From Strigamia acuminata (taxonomy: Eukaryota): a DNA stretch of 64,000 bases. Location: contig OX442314.1 of assembly GCA_949358305.1 (NCBI GenBank), positions 31,806,001-31,870,000 on the forward strand, read 5' to 3'. Within the stretch, counting starts at the first letter, position 1, and every line of letters begins with the position of its first letter. The notes beneath the pieces were generated by a model. It saw only the letters and a list, made by a program, of their open reading frames with translations, had not been told where the DNA came from and made no database searches. The position numbers and the translations under genes were made by a program. Positions 1-11,481 of the stretch are shown piece after piece.

Positions 1-346
1 ATAAGTGGAAAAGTAAGATATAAAGTAACGCGTGAAACAAAACGAAACAAATCGAGGCGATTCTTTCACTCGGCGCTACCTTTGGTTCCTCGGTGGTCGA
101 CTCGGACGCCGCCGACGTCGTCCGCTGCAGCCGCGGCATGTCGGGAACCACCGCCTCGTCGTCGATCGTGGCCTGTAAATAAGCGATCGAATTAATTAAA
201 TGAATGGATGAATAGATGGTTTACGGAACGACTCTTTCACTTACGGGTTTCGCCGCTACAGCCACGGCATCCGTTTCTTCGACCTCGACCTCCGTTCCGA
301 TGTTGAGCTCGGTCTCATCGACTATTTTTTCTTCTTCTTTTTCCAT
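1..346 (-). CDS. Putative spliced acidic protein, partial (runs off window)
   Basis: ATG at 346 after an AG acceptor. Exon 346-245 (MEKEEEKIVDETELNIGTEVEVEETDAVAVAAKP), GTAAGT donor, TTTACAG acceptor, in-frame exon from 172 (ATIDDEAVVPDMPRLQ...). Confidence 0.4.
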
Positions 347-584
347 CTGGTGTCTACGCGGGAGAAGAAAAATTAAATAAATAAATAATTAAATAAATAA
401 AACAAACGAACAACGTGAAAATGTGAAAATAAATTGAGTGACAAGCGACGATAAACCGGGAACGAGGGATCGAAGATGGGGCGACAGAACACGTCGCGCG
501 AAATCCGCGAGCGGGACACCGAGCCCGCTACCCCGGCCGTTTGCGTCTCGTTATTTTATTTCATTTTATTTTTATTTATTTTTA

Positions 585-618
585 TTAATTAATTAATTAA
601 TTAATTAATTAATTAATT
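585..618. repeat. (TAAT)n microsatellite
   Basis: Direct reading. Confidence 0.9.
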
Positions 619-1160
619 GATCAGTTAGTTAATTAAAACTAATTAAAAAGAAAAAAAAGTTGAAATGAAGCTGTTCCCGCGATCAAGTTTTCTCGCCGCC
701 ATGAGCGACGCGACCGAAACGCGACCAAACGAATTTGCACGCCGTATTGGCGTACGCTGTTCCGCGTGTACGGGTGCATACGTGTGGTCGCGATCGTGGT
801 TAATAGACCAATTTGTTTACTCACTCGACAATCGACAGGCAATTGATAAACGTTGTTGGTGCCAAACAATCGCGCGCTAGGGTGCACCGTGGATAAACAA
901 ACCCGTGTGACATCTGGTGACAAGTCCGCGAACAATTTCATTTCATTTCTAACCTACAAGTAGGCGGTTTAATCAAACCAACCATCGGTTTATATTTAAA
1001 AAAAAACAAAACAAACAAGAGAAAAAAATAAAATAAAATAAAATAAAATAAAATAAAATAAAAGGAGTCGGCGTCAAAGGAAACCGTGGTAGCGGCGCCA
1101 ACGGGACGAATCCGATCTATCAATAAGACGGGCGACCCGGCGCTGGCCGAGGAGGCGCGC

Positions 1161-1200
<40 letters not shown>
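1161..1200. repeat. (GTCT)n microsatellite
   Basis: Direct reading. Confidence 0.95.
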
Positions 1201-1842
1201 GCTTGTCTGTCTCGTTTCGAAGTTGACGGATATGTTGGTCGATTTCTTTTGTTTTATCATCTATTTTGTTGTTCATTCCCTCTCTTACACGGTCGCGCCG
1301 AAACGTAACGACACCACCGCCCCTCGTTACGTCGTTCCCGGCAGCCGTCGCTCGCCCGACGCGCCCTCGCGCGCTCCCGTGTCCCCCGCACGCGCCTAAA
1401 CGCGGTCACGTCGCAGAAGCGCGCCGATCCAGTGCCCTGATCAAAGACGTTTTGTTTCGATTTTATCGTCGCTGCGTGAGGAGAAGACAAAGACGACGAC
1501 GACGACGACGACGAAGTTCGGAAAGAGAGTCGAGAGGCTGACGAGGAAGATGCGGGAGAAGACAAAAGTGGTCGCGTTGAAGTTGAACTTGACGAGGAAG
1601 AGGCTCGGGGGCCCGGGGACCGACCTGTACGAGTTGGGAGCGGATGAGTTGGAGACGGTGGACGACAAGGACGAGTCGTTTGTTTGTAATAATAACGATG
1701 TAATGATGTAATAATAATAATAATAACAACAAAAACAACAACAACAACAATTACAATGGTTAATGTGGATTTATTTATTTTTTTTTTATTTTATTTATTT
1801 TTTTTTTTTATATATTTGAGACAATACAATAAAAGAAAAAGA

Positions 1843-2343
1843 TCAAATTAACGAAATCCTGTGCGCCTCCGTCCAATGGCCAATCAGGTTGTCTGGAGAG
1901 GGTGTCTCCGCACAAAACGGACAGCGTCTGCCGCGTTGGTGCACCTGCCCCAATATCTAAAAGAGGGGGGGGGAAGGGAGGAAGAAACGAATTAGTTGGT
2001 TGGTTAACTAGACGAAGGAGTTAAATGCTCACCAACGCTAGATGAGCGGGCTCGCGCGAATACATTCGTAGCAATCCCCGGATGGCCTCGTCCGCACCTT
2101 CACGGATGTCGTGTCGCTGTCGCCAGTGGCGGAAGATGTCCATGTAAAAGTAGCCGTCCGGGTCTGAAATAAATAAGAAAAATAAAAATAAAATAAAATA
2201 AAAGAAAATGAAAAAATAAAAAGAAAATGGACGACTAATAAGTAGATAAATAGATGTTTCTCACCGTTTGGGTGCTCGCCGCACAAAACGCAGTAATACG
2301 ACCTACCGCCCTCTTCTCTGTGTGGTGCTGGTGCTCCGTTCAT
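1843..2343 (-). CDS. Three-exon gene, 107-aa double C2H2-type zinc-finger protein (paralog 1)
   Basis: Exons 2343-2265, 2163-2033 and 1956-1843 with GT..AG introns. Product contains YYCVLCGEHPNDPDGYFYMDIFRHWRQRH and RCPFCAETPSPDNLIGHWTEAH. Intron phases and the 131-nt middle exon match paralog 2. Confidence 0.75.
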
Positions 2344-2429
2344 CTTTCTTTCTTCCGTGTGGGAGACGAATAAAGAATTAATTAATTAATTGAAAATAAA
2401 TTGGAAAGGGAGATCACACAAAGCATCAA

Positions 2430-2437
2430 ACTTACTC

Positions 2438-2495
<58 letters not shown>
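2430..2495. repeat. (ACTT)n microsatellite, read as repeated GTAAGT donor motifs on the minus strand
   Basis: Lies where paralog 2 has a single AAACTTAC donor (~4801-4808). Confidence 0.85.
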
Positions 2496-2496
<1 letters not shown>

Positions 2497-3058
2497 AACG
2501 AAGACGATGTGGCGACGGGGACCGGGCGGATGATGAAACGCGCACTTGATCCACGTTGTCGTGACACTTGATGTCGAGACCGCAAACCATTTCGTCTGGA
2601 CTACGGAGCGCCCGGAGATGCGCTGTACCGCGCTCGGTACAACGAGGAATTGTACGCGGGCGCGTGTGTGCAAAACATGCGGTCGATTAGCGACGTTCCC
2701 TCCGATATGCACTCGCCGAGTGAACGGGGTCGGCATCCCACGCCGAGAGAACCGTGCCGGAGAAAGAAAGTTGGAGTCGAAGCCAGCAAACGAGACTACC
2801 GGGAAACATCACGACCATCGTTGCGAACAACGTTGGCACGACAAAGACTTTAAAAAGACAGGCACGCTCGGGCACCCGGTGGAAGGCGAATCCTCTCGAT
2901 GGCGCGTCCCATGCCGAGGGAACCGTGCCGGAGAAAGAAAGTTGGAGTCGAAGCCAGGCGGCCGAATTCCGCCACCCGGAAGTGCGTTCGTGTCCAGTTG
3001 ATCGGGGACGGAAAGAAGATCGTGGCTTGCGCGCCCAGAGACGGATGTTTGTTTGAAT

Positions 3059-4020
3059 TTTAACGAGATGGAAAACGACGGAGTTTTGGTTGCCGGATTC
3101 GGTCGTAGCGGGGCACGCCGTTGGTGATGTTCCCGGCGCGCGATTCAAAGTGGTCAAAGTCGCTAATGTTTCGTTGTTGGCTTTGTACGGGGAGAAAAAG
3201 GAAAGACCGAGGTCTTAAAATGTGTTTGTTTTTTTTTTTTGTTTGTTTGCTTGTTTAGTGGCAAATTTGAATTCGATCGAGTTTCAAAAATAAATCGATC
3301 GAAACGTTAAAAACGAGACTTTAACGTAGAATTTCTCATTCGTTTTAATGGCGGCAACGACTTTTTGATCGGACGACACTATCGTTTATTACAAACAAAC
3401 AACGGGGTGGCGAGTAAACCGAGTGACTTCGGGCGCCGCGTTAGCATCCAAGAAACAATTAGCTCACCCGCGTGTTCGTCATCTTTGCTCGCCGCCGAGA
3501 GGATTTGCCTTCCATCGGGTGCCCGAGCGTGTCTGTCTTTTTCGAAGTCTTCGTCGCGCCAAACGTTGTTCGCGACGATGATCACGATGTTTCCTCGCAG
3601 TTCGCCGACCTCGCGGTTTACCCGCTTCGCTCGTTGGATACGGAAGGTCGATCGGTTTATTTTTGAATTTTGGTCGCCGAGTTCGAATTTGCCGCCGAAT
3701 TTGTTCGCGCGGTCTCTCGCCGTAATATGTTTTGTTTCTTTTTTTTTTTCTTTCTTGATTTTCTGTTTAATTTTTATTTATTTATTTATTTATTTATTTT
3801 TTTATTTATTAATTAATTAATTTATTTTTTTTTTTTACGAACCAAAAAAAAAAAAAACACATTTTAAGACCTCGGTCTTTCCTTTTTCTCCCCGTACAAA
3901 GCCAACAACGAAACATTTGCGACTTTGGCCACTTTGAATCGCGCGCCGGGAACATCACCAATGGCGTGCCCCGCTACAACCGAATCCGGCAACCAAAACT
4001 CCGTCGTCCGCCTCGTTAAA
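3059..4020. repeat. Inverted repeat pair (~170-bp arms, ~3059-3230 and ~3850-4020)
   Basis: ACGACGGAGTTTTGGTTGCCGG...GAGGTCTTAAAATGTG recurs as its reverse complement with few mismatches. Confidence 0.85.
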
Positions 4021-4214
4021 TAACAACTACGATTAATGTGGATTTTTTTTTATTTTTATTTTTATTTTTATTCTTATTTTTTTTATTTTTAATTAATTAA
4101 AACAAATAAAAAGAAATGAAGAAGAAGTCATACAATACAAAAAAAAACAAAAAAACAAAAAAACAAAAAAAGGTCAAATAAAATCGAATGCACGGTCCAC
4201 CGATGCTGTCTCCG

Positions 4215-4732
4215 TCATCCCTGGTGGGCGGTCGGTGCTTGAAATCTATGCGCTTCCACCCAATGGGTAGAGAGATCCTCGAAAAAGGGTGTTTCCGCGC
4301 AAAACGGACAGCGTCCGTCGTTGTGTCGGTACACCCGTCTCAGTGCCTTGAAAAAAAAATAAAAAATAAAAAAAAATAAATTAGTTGACTAGTTAACTCG
4401 GCGAAGAAACTAAAAGCTCACCAATGCCAAACGAACGGGGTCGCGCGAATGGATTCGTAGCAGCCCTCGGGTGGAATCGTCCGCATCTCCGCCGATGTTA
4501 TGGTACCGTCGCCAGTGACGAAAGGCATCTTTACAGAAAACACCGTTCGGTTCTGAAACGAGAAAAAATTAAAATCAAATAAAATATACATAATTAAAAA
4601 ATAAATAAATAAATAAATTGAACAACTGATAAGTAAATAAATGGATGTTTGTTTCTTACTGTCGGGGTATTTACCGCAGCACAAAGCGCAGTAATGTGAC
4701 TTGTCGCCCTCTGCATGCTGCGCTCCTTCCAT
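4215..4732 (-). CDS. Three-exon gene, 111-aa double C2H2-type zinc-finger protein (paralog 2)
   Basis: Exons 4732-4660, 4552-4422 and 4346-4215. Product contains HYCALCCGKYPDKPNGVFCKDAFRHWRRYH and RCPFCAETPFFEDLSTHWVEAH; open frame after splicing. Confidence 0.75.
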
Positions 4733-5038
4733 CTTTCTTCTGTGTGGGAGACGAGTAGAGAATTGAAAATAAATTGGAGAGAGAAACCACACAAAACACC
4801 AAACTTACCAACGGAGACGAAGTGCCGATGAAAACCGGGAGGAAAATGAAACACTCGCGCGATATACGCTGTCGGACCAACGTGCGCGTTTGTCGTGACA
4901 TCTGGTGTCGAGCTCGCAAACCATTTCGTGGCCGCGCGAGTCGAGGCCGTCGACTTCGAGTGGTAGCCGAGACCGTAAATGAATTCGCTTTTACCGCGAC
5001 GAATCTCGCGCGACCGCGACTCCGCAAAAATACCGTAT

Positions 5039-5490
5039 ATGGCCCGTAACGGCCCGCCGACGGTCCCGTAACGGTCCCGTCACGACCCCGTCAACGGCTT
5101 GTACGGGCCGTGATGGGGTCGTGACGGGACCGTCGGCGGCCCGTTAACGGACCGTGCGGGCCGTTACGGGATCGTGACGGTCCCGTCACGATCCCGTCAA
5201 CGGCTTGTACGGGCCGTTACGAGATCGTGACGGTCCCGTTGGCGGCTCGTTAACGGCCCGTACAAGCCGTTGACGGGATCGTGACGGTCCCGTCACGATC
5301 CCGTAACGGCTCGCACGGGCCGTTAACGGGCCGCCGACGGTCCCGTGACGGTCCCGTAACGGCCTTCGTTCCCGGACTTCGGCTCGCCGACGGCCCGTAC
5401 GACCTCATGCGGGCCGTTAACGGCCCGTTAACGGGCCGCCGACGGTCCCGTCACGATCCCGTAACGGCCCGTCATGATCCCGTAACGGGC
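5039..5490. repeat. GC-rich array of direct and inverted short motifs (GGCCCGTAACGG, GACGGTCCCGT, CACGATCCCGT, CCGTTAACGG)
   Basis: Direct reading; ~400 bp inside the TTAA junction. Confidence 0.85.
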
Positions 5491-5886
5491 TGAAAACGGG
5501 AAAACTGAGGGAGTCGGGTGCGAGACCACGTGACCCGGAGTGTGGTTTTTGGGGGCGAGGGCCGTCCTCCGACCGCGCCGTGACGCGCCCCGAGTCGGAT
5601 CAAGAGTCACGGCGCGTCGCGGCGCTTTCGGAGCACGCGACCCGATCCCCCCCCTCCCTCCCGTCACAAAAACCACGTTTTAGCGAAACCCTTGACCGGT
5701 CACAAAACCCACCGAACACCGAAAAGCAACGAACAAAACGCGCTCGGTCGCACGAACTACTCGGCCAAAACAACATCCGCAAATTCCGCATCACAGTCGC
5801 GATCAACGAAACAACGTATAGGCCGCCGTAATGTTAAAAAGCGGGACCCTTTCGCCCCCGACAAAATCCGCACACATACCCCAAGG

Positions 5887-8561
5887 TTAAGCTGCGCTTC
5901 GATAATTTCATCTCTAGTCGGCGGAACTATTTTGAGGATATCTGTTAGCGCAGTGTGTACATTTTCGTGATTACAATTGTGGACATCTATATGTCTGCAA
6001 TTTTCTCTCGTACATCCTTCTTCCTCCCCCTTTTCTCCAGAATCATGAAATCTAACTGGATTATATGATTCTGAGAAAAAGTCTAAACTAAGGCCAACAT
6101 TTGTAAGAAAATGTTTGCGCTCAGTTTCCGTCACTTGTAAAGATGCACACCTGTTTCCATTCCAAGTTGGATAGAAATGGGTGATTTCCTCTGGTTCGAT
6201 ATAATCATAATCCGGAGTGTCTAGTGCAGACAGTGGAGCGCGTGATAATGCGTCCGCTACTTGGTTCATTGCACCGCGTCTAAAAATAATTTTAAACGCG
6301 CCACATTGTATTTTGACGGCCCAACGACCAAACCTTCCCGATGGTTCCGGCGTACTCATCAACCAGCTAAGGGCCTTAGCATCGGACTCGAGAGTGAAAG
6401 TCGTGTATTCAATATATGGGCGAAATCTTTCGATTGCCCATACAACGGCCAAACACTCCAATTCCGGCGTAGAATACCTTACTTCGGCCCCGTGTAACAC
6501 TCGACTGGCGTACGCGACTGCTTTCGGGACCATTATTAATTTCTGTTTCTTTTCACAGAATAATTCTACGTCTTGACAGAGTACTGCACCTAAGCCTGAA
6601 TGAGAAGCATCTGTCAAAATGACAAAAGGCTTATTCATATCTGGCATGTGGAGAAGGGCTTGGTCCTTGTCACACAAAATATCTTTGATAGTTTCGAATG
6701 CAGTTGTTTGTGGATCATCCCACACAAACTTTGCTTGATCATGCATAATATTGGTCAATGGACGAGCAATATTTGCGATGTTAGAAATGAATTTTCGGAA
6801 AAAATTCGCCAGTCCTACAAATCTCTGAATGTCTTTAGAACAAGTCGGTTTAGGAAAATTCCTTACAGCCGAGACTTTGTCAGGGTCTGGAAGAAGAGAT
6901 CCCTCCGAAATTAAATGGCCTAAAAATCGTAATGATGTTCGACCAAATTTTGACTTGTCTTTATTGATAGTTAGATTTGCGGCATCTAACTTCTCAAGTA
7001 CGTCTTTAATATGTAATAAATGATTTTCCCATGTGTCAGAAAAAATAATTATATCGTCTAAATAGACCAGAGCATGTTTATATAAAGAGTCACCCAATAC
7101 GGTAGTCATGAGGTGTTGAAAAGAACTAGGTGCATTACAAAGACCAAATGGCAATCTCTTGAATTGAAATTTGCCTTTTGGGGTGTAAAAAGCAGTTTTG
7201 CTCTTATCCTCCTCCTCCATTTCCATTTGATGATAACCTTTAGTTAAATCAATGGACGTAAAGTACTTGGCCTGATTAGTATGATGAATTAACAGGTCAA
7301 TACTTGGCATTTGAATTGCATCAACTTCTGTGATTGCATTCAACCAGCGGTAGTCGATACATAATCGATACTTCCCGCCGGGTTTAGCCACTATGACGGG
7401 GTGACTTATATAGGGGCCGGTGGCAGGTTCGATTAACCCATCGGCCTCTAATTCCTCGACCAATTCCGTCATAATGGCCTTCTTGCCCGGATTGTACATT
7501 CTATATGGCTGGTGTTTCCAAGTAGCACCAGGTTTAAACTTGATGCGGTGCTTGGCAACCTTCGTACAGCCCAATTGGTCTCGAAATACGTTTTTTAATT
7601 GCAAAAGAACGTTTACGAGTAACTGTTTTTCTTCCGCCGAACTGTTGCAGCCTTCCACGAGTTTTTCTGCCCAGTCAGGTGAAGTGGGAGTTCCTTCACC
7701 TTGGAGACCCAAAGTCCTAATGCTTGCTAAGCAACAGTTAAGTTCAGTGGTCTCGTATGGTGCTGTCCATCCGGGCATGTCATCACAGGTGAACACAGCC
7801 CGTCGGGGATTAGGGTTTATCCCCGTTCTACGCATAAAGTTGTGACCCAAAATCAACCCACATACATTCTTGTGTAGAATTATGAAGGTCATAGGTGTAA
7901 CTCTCTTTTTATCGGCCCATTTGACACAAAGACAAACTTGACCGATAGGTCGGTGATCTATTCCGACTGCGCAGACACGCATTCCCCGAGGACATTCTTG
8001 TATGAATTCCACCGGAATTTCTGTGTTTGAAAGGAGTTGTACTCCAATAAAACATTGGGTGGCTCCAGAGTCCATTAGTGCGTTGTAATCCAAACCTCCA
8101 ATTTGGACATTCATACGCGGATCATCTTTGCCACCATTGATTAATTTGCTATTGCAAAGTTTGCCAAGAAATACCTTTCGTTCTTTCTTGTTCCATTTTT
8201 CAAGTTTAAGAAGTTTTCTTAACTTGAAAACCTTAGGTACAAGTGGTTTTTTCGGTGCATTCCAACTTCCACTGAAAATACTCAAATTTTCTAGTTGGTC
8301 GGTCATGAATTTTAAATCTTCATTGACACCACCAGTGGAACTACTCGCTTTCCGACAGACAGGTACTGCTTCGTAAGAAATGACCAATGATGGTGGTTTA
8401 TCCTTCGAATCGTCAACATATGGTACTGTGAGGTGACTAGGTTTATGTCTTAATTTAATTTCTTTTCTATGAAAAAATAAATCATTGGACAATTCCGAGA
8501 GAGGAAACAACTCTTTAGGCGGGGGTTGGGCAACTTGAACAACCCCCTGAATCAGTTTTTT
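5887..8561 (-). pseudogene. pol: pol (protease, RT, RNase H) of A copy 1, cut before integrase
   Basis: LMDSGA protease, YLDD RT and TDAS..GLGAVL RNase H motifs; interrupted at TTAA. Confidence 0.93.
8521..8561 (-). promoter_or_regulatory. -1 ribosomal frameshift signal (A AAA AAC plus GGGGGTTG/CAACCCCC stem)
   Basis: Heptamer abuts the gag stop; pol is in the -1 frame and open from the heptamer. Confidence 0.8.
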
Positions 8562-10603
8562 GTCTCGTCGGGAGTGACTGAATCAGTGGCTGCTGGTAAA
8601 TGCTTAATTAACAGGTCAACCATGTTTTTCTGGAAGTCAGTAAATTTGGAGTCTAAAGTTTCTGACGTAACCCAATTTTGTTTGGGTCGTTTAAACTCGG
8701 GGTTGGGAGCAGAGTGGTTAAATCTTTTATTTGAATTTAACGAGTCTGTTTTCCCTGCTATTTTTTTGGCAAGAGCGGGACATTCTCTTTTAAAATGTCC
8801 AGGCTCGTGACAGAAAAAGCATTTTCCAGTAGTCTTTTCATACTGGGCGGCAAATAATCGCTCCATTGAACCATCGTCAGTTGAGTCGTCGTTTTCCGAC
8901 TCGTCTTCATCTTCAACTTCATCTTGTGTTTGCGTTAAACGTAGTGAAGTTTTAGATGGAAAAATCTTAGATTTTTCGTGAACTTTTGGAGTAGGATGAT
9001 TCTCTCGATTATCGTACTCCAATTTTGCTGCAAGTTGAGCAGAACTTTCAAACTTAGAGCGATTTGCTCCTACATATTGTAGAATGTCATCTACTGTAAA
9101 GTCACCATACATCCCTTGTGTACATAACGCCGTGAAACTTTCTTGGGTTAGATTGTCGAATAATTGCGCACGTCCTGTTTTATCACCTGGCGGCACTTCA
9201 CCTTGTTCTTGCGTATAACGTAGAAGAAAACTATAAAGTGACTCGTCGGCTCGTTGTTTTACATTAAGAAGTCGCCTTTCTCTTGTAAGTGAAACGAGAT
9301 CGAAACAATCGAGGAAAGAGGCTTCGAAAGTTCGCCAACTATTAAAAGTATGACGTTGCTTATGGAACCAACGTTGTGCATGGCCTAATAGTCGTCCAGG
9401 TACAGCAGTGTGTACCATGTCGTCTAAAGGGATGCCTTTCCCGAGTGCGACAGCTTTGACGATTTCAAGGAATCGCGCAACCTCTGTCTGTTTCCCGTCA
9501 AAAATAGGAATCTCGATTCCTTTTCCAAAATTCTGACTGGGATTACTCGGACTTCGGATTTGACCAACTAAACCCTGAATAATTTGTTTTACATTTTCGT
9601 CTGACAAATTAGAAGCAGCGTTCGAGTTGGGTGTAGACCGACTTCCTTGGTCTCTGGATGGCGGATTTGGCTCTCCTCGAAAATTTTGATGTCTATCAGG
9701 TGGCGGTGGAGAACGCGAATTATTTCGTCGGTGGAAATTATTGTTATAATTTCCCCCTCCACCAGCGTGAGATTCGTCACTACTCGAGTTAGGATCGGAA
9801 TCACGAGGATCGCCTGGAGCTCCGGGAAAACGTTGACTTCTCGGCGGAGCTTGTCCACCTTGAGAGCGGGAATTTCTATAATTCCTAAAATCTCCATCAG
9901 ATTGGGCGTGATATTGAAAATTTTGATAATTTTCATTTCTCCCCCTTGGTTGGACCGACAGATTAGTTCGAGGCTGTGGAACTCTGAAAGAATCATTCAA
10001 ATTCCCAGTGGGAGCGGGTAAATTATTATTTACTGCCGTCGCACTTGGCAAATTTCGGGAAATTGGCGCAGAAATATTTCCTTGTCCGGAATTTCCCATT
10101 CTTTCGGCCGAATTCGATCGCCAAGAACTAGCTGGTAACTGAATCGAAGGTTGAACAGATAGTGAAGAATTTAACTGCCCATTGTCGTCACGAGCAACAT
10201 TCATTCGCCATCCTGGCAATTGCTGGTAACGATATGTGGCCGGTGAACGAGGGCCAGTTCGATCTACAGATACACTTTGCTCGTTGGTTACAACTACATC
10301 GGGAGTAATTACACGATTTCTCTCGTGATGATTATTCGCCGTGTATTGCTGAGCCTCACATAAAGTGGAAAACTGCGTCACTTCCAATTGGTAATGGCGA
10401 CAGTAAACCTCTAAATCATGCGGGACGGATAGTGGATCCGTTCGAGAACTACCTGGGTTGGAAACGTCTCTAGGAACATTTTCTTCCCCCTGGCTTTCTA
10501 GATCAGACTCCACAATTCCTCTTGGTGTTTCACACATACCACCACGTTGTCGTGCTCCACGATTTCCTCGTGTTCCACGAACTCTTACAGGTCTACGGGC
10601 CAT
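8552..10603 (-). CDS. gag: Gag of A copy 1
   Basis: Capsid-like IPIFDG..FL..A..WF segment; CCHC knuckle CFFCHEPGHFKREC. Confidence 0.92.
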   Translation of the reverse strand: MARRPVRVRGTRGNRGARQRGGMCETPRGIVESDLESQGEENVPRDVSNPGSSRTDPLSVPHDLEVYCRHYQLEVTQFSTLCEAQQYTANNHHERNRVITPDVVVTNEQSVSVDRTGPRSPATYRYQQLPGWRMNVARDDNGQLNSSLSVQPSIQLPASSWRSNSAERMGNSGQGNISAPISRNLPSATAVNNNLPAPTGNLNDSFRVPQPRTNLSVQPRGRNENYQNFQYHAQSDGDFRNYRNSRSQGGQAPPRSQRFPGAPGDPRDSDPNSSSDESHAGGGGNYNNNFHRRNNSRSPPPPDRHQNFRGEPNPPSRDQGSRSTPNSNAASNLSDENVKQIIQGLVGQIRSPSNPSQNFGKGIEIPIFDGKQTEVARFLEIVKAVALGKGIPLDDMVHTAVPGRLLGHAQRWFHKQRHTFNSWRTFEASFLDCFDLVSLTRERRLLNVKQRADESLYSFLLRYTQEQGEVPPGDKTGRAQLFDNLTQESFTALCTQGMYGDFTVDDILQYVGANRSKFESSAQLAAKLEYDNRENHPTPKVHEKSKIFPSKTSLRLTQTQDEVEDEDESENDDSTDDGSMERLFAAQYEKTTGKCFFCHEPGHFKRECPALAKKIAGKTDSLNSNKRFNHSAPNPEFKRPKQNWVTSETLDSKFTDFQKNMVDLLIKHLPAATDSVTPDETKN

Positions 10604-11461
10604 AATACTCAAAGAAATACACGTACAAAAAGAAAAAATAAAATTTAACTGAACTAGCGTAAATGTAACACGCTTAAGATTAAACTAAGAAATAATTTGA
10701 AAAAAATACAACCTTAGCTGCTGAAACTGAAGTGGCTTCGGGAAAGAACTGTCCTGTTGCGTGGTCAAGAATGGTCCAAACGGGCACTGGTCACAAAGGC
10801 ACAACTGGATGGTCGCACTGTCGAAAAGCAAGTGTGGCTGAATATTGGTTGTCAAACTAGCTTCCAGAAAATCTCCTTTGTCAAGACAGTCTGCTGTGAT
10901 TGGCGATGTTGAAAATTTCAGATAATTTCTAATCCGAAATTCTCAACAATGTCACATCTGGATGACCTACTCCGAGCTGCATCGTGAGTGGCTCTCTTTG
11001 TCACATTCTTTGCCTTGTCAAGGATTAAGAATAATAATCCAGAACGTTGAACAGAACAATAGAAACTTGGTCAAGTTTTTTAACCAGTAAAATAAAATAT
11101 TTTAACTTTTTATTTTTCAGTCAGCAGAATTTCTAGTCAAATTCGTTTTTTGATCGAAATTCAAGGTTTCGAAATTTTTTCCAGAATATAGCCAAATATT
11201 CTGGGAAACTCAATAAACTCAAAATAGATTTTTTTGTAGGAAATTTGGAATTATAATGAGTTTCCAAAATAATCCAAAAATTCGAATTCAGATATTTCCA
11301 AAAGATAATGAGAATTTTTTGAAAACAAATGGATATTTCACAGTAAATTTATAGAGAAAAATCGGAAATTTTCTAATTATAATATCTACATAAAATAATC
11401 AAGAAATTCATTTTTCAATTTTACACTTGATCACAGAGTTCACTTCAATAAAATGCAACCT

Positions 11462-11479
11462 ATCTCGGTGGGACCTCCA
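11462..11479 (-). promoter_or_regulatory. Primer binding site, tRNA-Gln
   Basis: TGGAGGTCCCACCGAGAT, 2 nt from the LTR end; complementary to the tRNA-Gln 3' end. Confidence 0.85.
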
Positions 11480-11481
11480 CG

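Larger units (their letters stand above)
1..5886. mobile_element. End of a large, putative piggyBac-like cargo element inserted at TTAA (other end outside window)
   Basis: Gypsy-A pol copy 1 breaks exactly at TTAA 5887-5890 (same TTAA uninterrupted at 49627-49630). The foreign side ends ...ATACCCCAAGG|TTAA, i.e. TTAA-CCTT on the minus strand. CpG-rich composition unlike the flank. No transposase in the window. Confidence 0.55.

Noticed and set aside
639..1750. Short overlapping ORFs
   Set aside because: Driven by microsatellites and low complexity; I could not build a consistent spliced model.
5039..5490. CRISPR array
   Set aside because: No unique spacers, mixed repeat orientation, eukaryotic context.
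5757..5886. C-terminal extension of the 917-aa pol ORF
   Set aside because: Chance read-through across the TTAA junction.
11462..11479. tRNA gene
   Set aside because: Only an 18-nt match to a tRNA 3' end; it is the PBS.
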